NCBI GenBank assembly: GCA_965637545.1
Contig: OZ281497.1
Location: 5,952,001-6,016,000 of the forward strand
DNA length: 64,000 nucleotides
DNA from: Phallusia mammillata
Lineage: Eukaryota
Reading direction: 5' to 3'
Part shown: positions 1-35,435 of the stretch, piece after piece
Numbering within the stretch: position 1 is the first letter of the stretch
Layout of the letters: each line of letters starts with the position of its first letter
Position numbers and translations under genes: made by a program
The notes under the pieces: generated by a model
What the model saw: only the letters and a program-made list of their open reading frames with translations
What the model was told of the DNA's origin: nothing
The model's database searches: none

Positions 1-191
1 AGCCGTAAAAGTATAGCGATTGTAAAATGTTAGGTTGATTCTCAGTATGAATTCCACGTCTCGCAAACAACATAAGAAAACTTCACTCGATGTGAAAACT
101 TTTATAGACATAACATTCGGGTCTCTAGTTATGTATAATGCCTTGTGATAAATACAAACCCAACGACAAATCACTTTCGCTGTTTTTTTAC

Positions 192-1565
192 CTGGTTTGG
201 ATAAGCTACATGCCATGTAACGGTAAAATCAATCCCAGCTACCAATGTTGTCATAACGCTCTTGTCTGGAAAACAGAAAATACTTTTGTTACACGTGGTG
301 CTTTTATCATCGCTAAAATGGCTATTGGATCATCATAGGTAGTAAAGTGTGCTAAGTAGCCTATAAGCTTAACGTCTCGCAGTCTCAAAATTCAGTTTGT
401 AAAAAAATGCACAACTTATCATGTATGGTGTTCTTGTTAGGTCTATCACATATTTGAATTGTTTTCAGGTTTGGGCTTTGGTCTACTAACTTAAGATGCG
501 TGAAGCACCTCTTCACGAAAACAAAGCTTTGATTACATACGCGCAATACAAATCATATCCCAAAAGGCTTTGTCGAAGACATTTTAAACACTAGAACATC
601 ACCAATTCCAAATATCCACGACTTGGTTTACCGTTTTAGCTAAACATTCCCAGTTTGAAAACAATAAAAAAAAACATTTTTTGTAGACAGTGAGTCACCG
701 ACTATTGACAAGTTTGAATAGCTGACATAGAGTAATTAACACTAAACCGCTTAAGCATGGAAAGCGTTATTGCCGTCCATGGTTTATTCATAACTGACAC
801 GTGCGTAAATTATCACAACATCGTCGCGCTGTTTGAAAATGTCTTTTTCGGTTTCGCAAATGCCATGCTAATGGGCAAAGCTAATAGATTTTGAGGAAAA
901 CAAAGTGTCTTAGAAACATTACATTGGCCAGTCTATAGGGTTTATTGGTAATTTTTATAATATACATAAAATGTCATGGAAATGTTAATATTGCTAAAAT
1001 ATGCAACGTATTTTCACAACTTTTAGTTACTTTGAAATATTAAAGACACATTCAAGCATTTTTGTTAGTGCAGACTATTTCTTGGTTCAAATATTCGTGG
1101 CACATATCGAAGCAAAATCTTTTGTCACTGTTAAACTAGTATTTATTTCTTTTAAACCGTTAATACCTGAATCAAATTGCACACCACAGGGTGGGTTTGA
1201 ATTTCTGTTGTCCATGTAGTCGAACGCCATTGGTCGAGCCCGGGGAAAGGTCAAAACCACGTGACTTTTCACAAGATTGTAGGCAAGCATTGAAGTCTTG
1301 TAAACGAGAAAAATAGTAAATAGTTTAATTGTCTTACACAGTTAAAGAGCAAATGGAACCACATGGCAAAGAGATTTAAAGCTATGAATAATGTCCCAAA
1401 TTGTAGATAAATTTTCGTTTTTTTGCAGAAAAGTATTCCTATGGCAAGGAAATAATAATTCAAAGCTTCACTATAGTTAAATGTTAAATGTCATGTAAAT
1501 ATAGAACGTTAAAAACTTGTTGTCTTTAATGTACTTACCATCAGGAATATTGTATGTAGCTTCAT
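192..1565 (-). CDS. 5' part (3 coding exons, continues off the left edge) of a secreted protein with a predicted mature N-terminal His; resembles the LPMO-like N-terminal domain of nahoda-type DOMON/EGF proteins
   Basis: Exons 1565-1539, 1296-1167 and 265-192 have GT-AG sites and compatible phases (0,1,0). Translation: MKLHTIFLMTSMLAYNLVKS/HVVLTFPRARPMAFDYMDNRNSNPPCGVQFDSDKSVMTTLVAGIDFTVTWHVAYPNQ. Family recognised from memory of the HVxLTFPxAR...DN....PPCG...TWHxxYP pattern, not from a search. A possible 5' UTR exon donor (GTGAGT) lies near 2286. Confidence 0.75.
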
Positions 1566-4560
1566 GTTTGCGATCCGGGCATAAGCACACCCGCAGAGCT
1601 TTTATCTATTAATCTAATTCAAGGAAATCCTTTGGATCAAAACACTATTTTTACTCACAAATGGGCTAAAAGTATACAGTTACGTCAAAAAAGAAACTTT
1701 CTAAATCGCGGGTCATTATTTTAGTTACACGATTAAGTATCGTGGGAGATGTTTTTTAGATGTTTATATTTTTACTAAGAGTTGTAAGTGAGGCCGGATT
1801 TCGAACTTTGGGCTTCAGTTTGAATAATACAAACCTTATTCGGCTCTGATTCACATCTGGCCTCTTTGAAATCGCAAATTCACAAATTTTTGGGGCTTTT
1901 TCTGGCTTTAAAAAAAAATAAAACTAGGTATTAGGCTTCTACTTTCGGTTCGGGCCCCTCCTATTGCCTTTGTTTCTAAAGCTTTAACACTAATTCTGCG
2001 GGTTGACCGACAAGCTTTTCCCTGCATTTAAGCATGGCAACTTTGCAATCTAAAAGTATCTCGCAATGCTTTTACAAACATTCAAAAAAAGTATTGTTTT
2101 CGCATTCATTTTCTTGTAACTTCAACTGTTTACAAAGCGATTTCACTTTAACTGCTGAAACTATCACCATAAAAGTTCACTGGGCAACTGCGACTCATTC
2201 GCAGACTCTTAATGTGTTAATTGGCTTGGTTAGTGAGAACGTACATAGTCTAAAAAGAAAATTGGAGCCTTTTACCCGTAACTCACGAGCCGTCTCATAG
2301 AATATTCATATCGTTTCAATTATTCACCCCAGTCATCGTAGGCGAATTCGCGGCTTGTCGCTAATCAGAGTTACAGCAAAAAGCAAGTCGGCGGGTATAT
2401 TTATGTAAACATTCTCGTCGAAGGTTTACAGGTTGTGGCATCTGTGCAGGAATCGCTTTTGTTCAGTAAAAGTTAAGTTTGTTGGCTGGTCGTGTAAAAG
2501 AGATTTTACCGTAAACTATAGATTTGGTGTTAAATTGTTAATTAAAATCGTTTTAACGACGTTTCTATCGGTATTTGCAACTGAGAATCAAAAAAGCCTT
2601 TTTTCTGAGTTCTATTGCTATTTATTTATCTGTTTTTTTACTTTAACGTTCCTACCCTAAATCCATAACACACAGGAAAAACCTACGAAGATATTTAATC
2701 ACCGAATCCCCACCTCCGTATCGCTTGTTTGGTAATAAACACAATCAACTGTACTTCATATCACCTGTTAAGAATTTACGACAGACTACCAATACACTGC
2801 TGTAAAAAAATAAATCATTAAACCTTACACCCTAAAACGAACGCTATTTCTCCAGAAAAACTTCACTTCAGTTTCATCCAGGGGCGTTATGGCAATCTGG
2901 GCGGCCTTGTGCTCTCTTCATGACCACCGCAACACTTACACCAGCTGTGGAGGACCCAGCCACACCTTGGTGCTGGCTACTGGTTCCAGCAAATGTTATG
3001 ACATATGATAGCGAGCATAGCTGTAATAACCCGTTTGAGGATTCAAGAGTGGTTTTCAGAGGCCCTCGCGCGGTTTAACAAGGATACCAAGTATTTGATG
3101 CGATGTTTACCACTCGAAAGTTCTGGCACAGTACGTACTAGAAAATTTTGGTTCAAGTGTTTGTGCTGGTTCGGAAGTTGTCATGTGTCCAAAAATACAA
3201 CACATGTTAGACTTTAAACACAATAAATAATTAAAATGGTTTAAGATCGAATTTTATGAAAAACATTTGTTGGAGGGGCCAATGATCTTAACGTGTCATT
3301 TTTAGGGAAATTTTTAGGTTATTCAGGGTGTGGTTCACTTATGCAATTTTATCGCTAGATATTTTACGTTATTGGCTTTATTAAAATAATTTTCCAAACA
3401 AATCACGCAAGACATGGGTCAGGCAGAAAAACTTGCAAAACACTTTCATAAAAACCATCAAAATTCTTTGCGTTTAATAACGTTGGCTCGAATCGGGTGG
3501 GGTAATAATTTTTTATCGTTAGAATTTGTCCAACTAAAAAATCGAAATAAAACCCTATTTAACCTGAAAAAACTATCAACGTAAGAACTCAATTCATACA
3601 AAGTTTGCTAAATAATGATGGATGGCGCATAGAGCATTTGCGAATATTTTTTTGCGAATAAGCAAATTGTGTGGAAAAATACTGAAAGGTTAGGGCTAGT
3701 AGGGGGTTGGGGTGAGGTTTTATAATAATAATAAAAATTCAACCAACTTATAAACTTAGTTCCTACCACTAAATTATTTCCAAAATGTTAATTTGTATAA
3801 CTGTACCGGTTAAACTACGTTTTGTGTTTTCTCTTTGCGGTATTGAATAAATTGGTACTGCAGCATTATATTACCAGAAAACTTATTATAACTAAAAAAT
3901 AACCATGTTTGAGTACTGCAGCGGTTTAAATACGTATTCTGCTTGGGTATGTAGTCAAATAATGTCGTATCTTAAAATGTAGACTGTGGTTCGAGAGTTT
4001 TTATTACCGAAACGTCTTCTCGCCAGTCATTTTTTTTACTTAGGAAGTTAGTATAACGCGTATATAGATATCTTACAACAGTGGTTTTTAAACTTTTAAA
4101 ATTTATGTTTAAACGGTCTCTTCGCAATTTCTCGAGCATTTGCGGTCTAAGCTAAATATATTTATTAAACTGAAAATATCTCAGCAAAATAAAACTATGG
4201 AGTTATCAACCAGAAGTAAATTAATTCATTTTTAAAGTTAACCCACGACAGGCTTTTCCAACTTTTGCTTCGTTATTAGTTCAACCAATCAAATCAAGCT
4301 AATTTTGTCCAACTACTGGCAGATTCAAGAGTTCTGATATAAATTGACCAAGTATGAAATAACTTAATGTTCATGTGATGCATTGAGCAGTTTGTTTTTT
4401 CCGCGTGCCAATATCGTTTTGTCATCAGTGGAAACTTGGCAAAAGCAAGGCGGGTTGCAAATGTAAACCACTAACGATATAAAGAAGTGTGCACTAACTA
4501 TTTTGCAGCATCCTTAAATTAAGTCACGAGACTATGCGACGAGTGAGGCATCCTTTAAAA

Positions 4561-5189
4561 CAGGGGTGTCAAACTCGTGAGGTTCGGGGGCCACATTGCA
4601 GTTTGGAAATTATGCCGAGGGCCGCATGTGATTTTTAATCTAGTTTTATACACTTCAACAACCTTTTTGCTACTACGGCCGCACCGCAGATCCTGATTTC
4701 AACAACAGTCGCCAATTACCAGCCGGTTTTTGTTTGGAAATTACAGATGTAAAGAAATAGGTTCATATCACATATATACCAACTATTGACGTCCCAAAAA
4801 CCCAGATTAATTTCCAACTTGATGCACAGTGTGAATATCAGTTTGAATTGTTTCTTACGTCATAATCTATATTGTGACGTTTGTGGTACCCGTTTTTCGC
4901 ATTGTTTACACACAATATGCGTATAAAAAGTCTGACGCGTATAGCTACTGGGATGGAAATACTCTTTTCAGTACTACAAATTCTGTTTAGAGCAGTTTAA
5001 AAATAAAAATATTTGGCAAAAGAGTTTTAATTGCGTCACGGCCGCCAGTACATATATTTTAATAAACATGTTCACGGCCGCGCACAAATATTTGACAAAA
5101 TAATACAATTGTTGTTGAGTGCTCGTGGGCCGCATTGGAGGGCTTTGTGGGCCGCATGCGGCCCGCGGGCCGCGAGTTTGACACCCCTG
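4561..5189. mobile_element. hAT-family MITE (629 bp)
   Basis: Perfect 16-bp TIRs CAGGGGTGTCAAACTC / GAGTTTGACACCCCTG; perfect 8-bp TSD CTTTAAAA at 4553-4560 and 5190-5197; no coding capacity. Confidence 0.92.
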
Positions 5190-5199
5190 CTTTAAAACA

Positions 5200-5387
5200 A
5201 CTCGCATTTAAGCTTGCAGGCAGAAATTTTCCGACAAAGTTCCGAAAAAGGGGATAAATTTTTTTTCCGTTCGCGCTTAAAATTTTCCACGTTACTCCTG
5301 GCATTGTGAGCGCATTTGTCATTTCAACGTCGGCACTTAGCGAGTAGTCAGTTGCAAACTAATCTGGTGGCAAAAAATTTGGGCAAA
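5200..5387 (+). promoter_or_regulatory. Proximal promoter/5' UTR of paralog A, homologous to the upstream regions of B, C1 and C2
   Basis: Shared blocks CTCGCATTTA, AAATTTTCCGACAAA, AAAATTTTCCAC and TCAGT..GCAAACTAAT just upstream of the ATG in all four copies. Function is inferred from position and conservation. Confidence 0.5.
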
Positions 5388-7802
5388 ATGCTTGAGTTCG
5401 TAATGTGTTTAGCTTGCTGTACTGGAATAACACTTGCTCAGACGGATGTAGTTTCTACCACATTCTATGATGACTATACAAATCCGGCTTTGGCAGATAC
5501 AACTCTTGCAACCGTCGAAACAACTAATCAGACGGATCAAGATTATACAACTGTTGTCTATAACCAAACAACAGTTGGTAAGTTGAAATATAATTAAATT
5601 GAATTACTTCAAACAGCAAAAGTTGTACATTGCGATATGTGCAATATAAAATGAGTTCTGTGACCTTGATATGTTAGTGTTTTTCTCTTATGTTTCCATG
5701 AAAATATATGTACTTCGTGCACCTTATGCATACTTTAAGTAAAGTACTATGTGTTATAAAGTGAACCAATTATAGTGCTGTAACAACAAGTTGTCTTCGA
5801 AACGACCTTGCGACGAACAATTCAAACCCAATGGTCAGTTGCGGCTCGAAACTGTGGGTTTCGGCCCGAAACCCGTTTTTTTTCATCATACTGATTTTTT
5901 GCCGAACTAGGTGTTTTCACCTTATCATATGACTGGGTTTTGGCCTACGAATGCATCGTTTCGCTTTACTAGGTTTTAGTCACGCGCTTATGCGAGGTCA
6001 CGTCTGGTCTTGCCACATGCACTTCTAACCCCTGAACCATCGCTAGTCACCCAACAACAAAAACATCTTGGCATAAATTTATAAATTTATAAACCTTTGA
6101 CTCATAGGCAGCTTTTTCATACACTGCTTGTTTTGCAAAGTTTGGTGACTGGACGTAGTTAATTATCTCACAACTTTTGACGCTTAGGTTTTCTGCCTAA
6201 ATTCCGATTACTCGAGCGTGGTAAACCCATAAGTGACATATTTATCAGTGTTCATAAGTGTTTCTGTATCCTTTTTGCGGCGACTAAAATAATAAGCTTA
6301 ATTCAAACGGCATAAACGTCAACAGAACACGCAATAAACTACGGCATAGTCAGATAATTTAAGGACTTGTGTACTACTGTAATCGCCAACCGTGCCAAAT
6401 CTAATCGCGACCAGGTTAATTTTATGGGTATTATTAATACAAACCTCACCCCAACCTTAGTAGTCCTTACCGTCGGCATTTCCTTACCTGAATTCATAAA
6501 TTGCATTTTTAATATTTGCAAATGCTCTTTGCTTCACCTAACGGTATTATGCAATTTTGTCTGGTGTGAGTTCTTGTGTTAGAAAACTTTCCGACCTAGG
6601 GGTTGAGAAGCACTGCTTTACCCAATGATTTGGAATATACAGGTATGGCTTCACACGTCGGAGGATGTGGCGGAGTCATTACCCCGACGTGTGGAACGAT
6701 TACTTCTCCTAATTATCCGTTGGAACCTCCGCCTGGATTAAAACGTGAATACACTATTACTGCCCCCAAGAACAAGGTGAGTAAAGAATTTGTTTACTTT
6801 TCAAGTGTACAATTTTATTTCAAAATGTACAAATCATTTTTTTCTTATTACACTTCTTTGCATATTTGATTTACCGTAAAGTGTTGTATGTGCAGCGTCT
6901 GGTAATTGTGATTGATAACGTTCTACCGCACTCTGGAGGATGTTACAAAGGAACTCTTTCGTTGTCCGAAGGAATAGGATCTTTTCACCACTTTCCGGTA
7001 TGCTTAACGCATGAGGTTTTGTCTACTTTGCTCGAGAAAACATCAAGTACCCAATAACAAAGGTATATTTGGGTGTAAACTAGTATTATTGTTCTTTTAG
7101 CTTGGCAGTGACGGTTGTGGCCCAGCTCTATCACCATTTGTGACAATAAGCAATCGGGCAATACTTCTCTATTTCTCCACACTAAGTCGCGGAGGGTTCA
7201 GTCTGCACTGGTACGCTGTAGGTAGGTGTTTGCCAGTTTTCGTTGAATTAAACGTACTTTTACCTGAAAGTTATTTGATGTATGAAACGTTATTTTGGTG
7301 TTTTCCAGAGAATAATTGCACTGCACCATTTGTCCTTAACTCAACGACTGGTTTTATTACATCTCCATTGTATCCTCAACCTTACCTTCGTAAAGTTAGC
7401 TGTGAATGGAGAATTGAAGTTCCCATCGACAAGGTTTAGTATTAAAGTGTCGTCATGTTGGCTTGCTTTGTTTATTGCTATTAGAAAGCTTGGACTGACA
7501 GCATCATGTCTCTTTGAACCTTTACGCCTTTGCCTAAAGATTTTGAAATTCAGTTTTGTGCTTTGGTTTGCAGTAGTTGTAGTTCAATAAACAAAGCTTC
7601 AGTGTAAACTGGACATATAAGCAAGTACAGAGCCCCTGACTAAATACACGCTTTACGCAAACTGTTTCACTTTAAATATAACGCATACCGCTTTGTTGTT
7701 TTACAGGTTCTTATTATAGCTTTTAATGATTTTGATATCTACGAAAGCAACAATTGCTGGCAAGACTCTTTGGAAATCAAGGATGGCAGAACCTATTCAT
7801 CG
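5388..7802 (+). CDS. Paralog A: secreted CUB-CUB protein, 5' part, cut off by the inverted duplication (probably a truncated CUB/protease gene)
   Basis: Exons 5388-5577 (signal peptide MLEFVMCLACCTGITLAQ plus Thr-rich stretch), 6643-6776, 6896-6997, 7101-7221 (CUB1: CGGVITPTCGTITSPNYP...GGFSLHWY), 7309-7433 and 7707-7802 (first two-thirds of CUB2). All are GT-AG and in phase. The third CUB2 exon is missing. Confidence 0.8.
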
Positions 7803-8157
7803 GTAAAACAAACGTATCTGCTTATAATTGCTTTACATTAAACAAATTCTCTTTAATTGCTTAAATGTAGATGTATATAATTTACAAAAGATTAATAATA
7901 CAATGCCGTTTAAAATAACATAGTCTTGTTTATTTAAACGTGGTTATACAACGGTCTTTTTTCAAAACATATTACAATCCAATTTCATTTGCGTCAAGTA
8001 AGTTTTTAAATAGTCTTTGTTTGATTACAGAATACAGATATGACTAGAAATTAATGTGTTTAATATTTATTAGCGGGCCTATACAGAAATGTATTCCTAC
8101 TTCACCACTATTGTTTAAAAATACTTTCGAATTAAAACGGAAAAAAATAACACTTAC

Positions 8158-12181
<4,024 letters not shown>

Positions 12182-12375
12182 CTGTAAGAAAACAAACGTC
12201 GCTTGACAACATATAGCATTAGGAGAAAAGGATTAATTCGAATTACACACCGTGTTAATGGCCAGCATAGATAAGAAGACTGGCGTCTTATAATTAATGC
12301 TTCAAAGTGTTTTAAACTGTGTGCACTATTCATGGGCATGAAGTTGAATAAAGCAGTACGGCTTTAACTAAAGTC

Positions 12376-12465
12376 CAGTAAACCTCGGTTAAACGGGGTC
12401 GGTTAATCCAGATCTTCGCCTAATTCAGACAACTTGAGCGGTCCGTTATTAACCGAGGTTTACTG
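12376..12465. mobile_element. Tc1/mariner-type micro-MITE (90 bp), copy in the inverted arm
   Basis: 17-bp TIRs CAGTAAACCTCGGTTAA / TTAACCGAGGTTTACTG; TA on one flank. Confidence 0.75.
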
Positions 12466-12504
12466 TATTTATTACATTTTAGAATAGCTTAATAAAGACA
12501 TTAC

Positions 12505-12704
12505 NNNNNNNNNNNNNNNNNNNNNNNNNNNNNNNNNNNNNNNNNNNNNNNNNNNNNNNNNNNNNNNNNNNNNNNNNNNNNNNNNNNNNNNNNNNNNNNN
12601 NNNNNNNNNNNNNNNNNNNNNNNNNNNNNNNNNNNNNNNNNNNNNNNNNNNNNNNNNNNNNNNNNNNNNNNNNNNNNNNNNNNNNNNNNNNNNNNNNNNN
12701 NNNN
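12505..12704. other. Assembly gap (200 N)
   Basis: Run of exactly 200 N; true size and the orientation across it are unknown. Confidence 1.
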
Positions 12705-13090
12705 GAAACCAAAAGTGTCAAATTTTTCTGTGCGGGTGCCAGATTTTACGCGGGCCAGACAACAGAACGATATACTTGGTTTTCTCATTTATTTGTTTTA
12801 TTTTTTTAAGCCCATAATTTGTATGTTAACTTGATTTTAAACTGACTGAACCAAAGTTATTAAATTATAAAATAGACATGAAGATACTTACAATTAAGCT
12901 ACTGAGTAAAGGTAGATAAAAAAATACCAAACTATAAATTGGGACATAGCACACAAGATTTACTATTTTAATGAAGATCATAAGATACAGCAAATATTAC
13001 TAATCTCATTTTAGTCTAGTTTTTTGATCAAACTAATTTTACTTGTCGGCAAAAAAAAGTACCTGATATTTTATATTACTCAGGCACGGC

Positions 13091-13719
13091 GGGAAATTCC
13101 GTAGAATTTAGGAGTTTCAGATTGAATTGAGCGTCACAAATAATTGTGCCACTTGTACGTCTTTTTTTCCGCCCAACTTCTTTTGTATTTGGAAGCTGCT
13201 TTGTGTGCAAACGCAAATACTCTGGAATGTTTTTCAGATATCGTTTGAGCTCAACCATTTGTTATTAAAACTTAACCACTGGTTTTATTATATCCCCTTT
13301 CTACTCGCAGACTTTTCGTCGTGATCTTAAATGTAAATGAACAAGGTTTGTCCAGTGACATGGTTTGACTTTGAATTGACGAGACAGAAACCTTTCGCGT
13401 ATCGTGAGCATAAAAGGGAACTCGCCCAAAGCCTTGTCGGTAAAAAGCAAACCGACAAAGGGTTAAATTTTCAAGTTTCATAGCCACTAGCTCTCTAAAG
13501 CAAGTCATGAGACGCAAACCGTAAAAAGTGACGTATCTTCGCGTAATGGGGGCTCGCATACAAACTTTCGGGTAAAAATTTTCCGACAAACTTTAGAAAA
13601 AAAGGGGCAATTCTACGTTGGCGCTCAAAATTTTCCACTACTGACATTGTGGCTGCCTTAATCATTGCAGTGTCGACAGTTTAAAGCAGTCAGTACTGCA
13701 AACTAATTTTGATGCAAAG
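13091..13719 (+). promoter_or_regulatory. Upstream region/promoter of unit B with Rel/NF-kB/NFAT-like sites
   Basis: GGGAAATTCC at 13091-13100; AAATTTTCC at 13576-13584 and 13628-13636; GTGACGT near 13528; Inr-like TCAGT about 30 nt before the ATG at 13720. These are motif matches only. Confidence 0.45.
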
Positions 13720-33801
<20,082 letters not shown>

Positions 33802-34502
33802 GTATATATAAATAGCAAAAAAGGTTACATAAAGACATACGCCAGGGTCGGCAACCTTTTGTACATCGCGGGCTGAAAATAATATCAGCAAATCGCGGCG
33901 GACTGGACTAATTTTCACAATTAATTCTGGTTATATCATTTTTCATTTGTTGTCTAACTATAAATTGAAACCAAACTTCAAGCAGTAAAACTGCCTTAAT
34001 TACAATCTTTTCAAAACCTGTATGGCAACACTTGAAACATTGCTGGAATGACGATACTTGCATTCACACGTGTGTAAAGTTGTCTGTAAGATAAAAGCTG
34101 ACGATTATAACAGAGCAAAAATAGTATTATTCCACACAAGTACAGAGATAAAGCGAAGAAAAAAAGCGTTGTTTTCACCTACAATTGTTTTTGTTAGTAG
34201 AAACTTATCTGAGAAGGCCAGATCGCTGTTGGTTCACGAGTTCGGTTTAGTCCGAATCAGGAGCTGCATGCTATTTGTCGTCATAGTATAGTCATGAGAA
34301 GCAAACCGTAAAAAGTGACGTATTTTCGCGTAATAGGGGCTCGCATTTAACCTTTGGAGTAAAAAATTTCCGACAAACTTTGGATAAAGGGGTTAATTCT
34401 ACGTTGACGCTCAAAATTTTCCACAACTGATATTGTGGCTCATTGCAGTGCAGTGTCTGCAGTTCAAAGCAGTCAGTACTGCAAACTAATTTTGATGCAA
34501 AG

Positions 34503-34595
34503 ATGTTGATGTTTGTGATGTGTTTGGCTTGTTGTCTTGGAATAACACAAGCACAAACAGATTTGGTTAATACAACACATAACCACTAAATACCC
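34503..34595 (+). pseudogene. Frameshifted duplicate of the signal-peptide exon (unit C1)
   Basis: 93 bp vs 94 bp in B; AACCACTAAA vs AACCTACTAAA gives ...HNH-TAA stop before the GTAAG donor. Confidence 0.85.
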
Positions 34596-34691
34596 GTAAG
34601 TGAACTAAAAACTAGTTGCTTTGAACTTTATATACTGTGCATTGCGATATTAACGAGAAATATCTCATACTAAATTAAGTAACAATTGGTG

Positions 34692-34823
34692 AATATATTC
34701 ACTGATGATGACAATGGTTTTTGTCGAAACGTCTGTTTAATAAAATGAATACGTTTTATTCTACTTCGCTGGCAATTTGTTTTCTAGTAAAGCTACTATA
34801 TAAGTCCGTGTCTTGTGTACCTA
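34692..34823 (+). mobile_element. 132-bp insertion with a minimal hammerhead-ribozyme motif (Penelope-like element terminus)
   Basis: Absent from C2; 8-bp TSD AATTGGTG (34684-34691, 34824-34831); CTGATGA-T-GACAA-tggttt-TTGTC-GAAA-CGTC at 34702-34733, followed by AATAAA. Confidence 0.75.
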
Positions 34824-35103
34824 AATTGGTGGTAATAATGACAATGCACATACAGTTATGGTTGCAAGTGTACATGTTAAATTTGAGGTTAATTGCAGGT
34901 ACAAAATGCTTGTTTTGGAAACAAGTCTTATATTTTGCAATGATAGTGATTAGAGAAAGCAAGTTTCAATAACATTTATTGAAAATTTGAGCCAAATAGT
35001 TAGTGTTGTCAAACGATCGTTATATTGCTTCTGCAACATCCAATTCCGTCATATATCGACATGATTGGATATCTGTCGTTTAAGCATTAAATATGTTTAG
35101 TGT

Positions 35104-35435
35104 TGCATTGCGATGTTCCTTTTCTGGTACTCCCTTTGTTGTTTATTGCATTTTGTGTTTTTGGCCTTATTACTTCATATATTTTTCTTTCAATGCCAAC
35201 ATTAGCATCACATAGTCCCTTTATTTCTCTCGTCCCCTTTTCCTTCAATTCTTAAATAAACAGAAACGGGTCAAGTGACTCGATGGCCAATGTTTGGCTC
35301 TCACTGGCCCGGTCGCGCGCATATTACTTTTGTTTATGTTTATGTATTACTATTTTGTTTATGTGTTACTATTTTGTTTATGCAAATGTTTTAATGCCAA
35401 GCGTGACAAATAAAGTATTGATTGATTGATTGATT
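35104..35435 (+). mobile_element. 5'-truncated non-LTR retroelement (LINE/SINE) 3' tail
   Basis: Absent from C2; ends with AATAAA (35409-35414) and a (GATT)n tail; only a 2-3 bp flanking duplication. Confidence 0.7.

Noticed and set aside
138-338. Plus-strand 66-aa ORF and most other short track ORFs (e.g. 2034-2300, 11222-11494, 26274-26492, 34058-34291)
   Set aside because: Intronic, intergenic or antisense to real exons; low-complexity Phe/Leu/Lys composition; they recur only because the DNA is duplicated.
2881-3070. GC-richer patch starting CAGGGGCGTT, resembling a transposon end
   Set aside because: No matching opposite TIR or TSD found, so it cannot be supported as an element.
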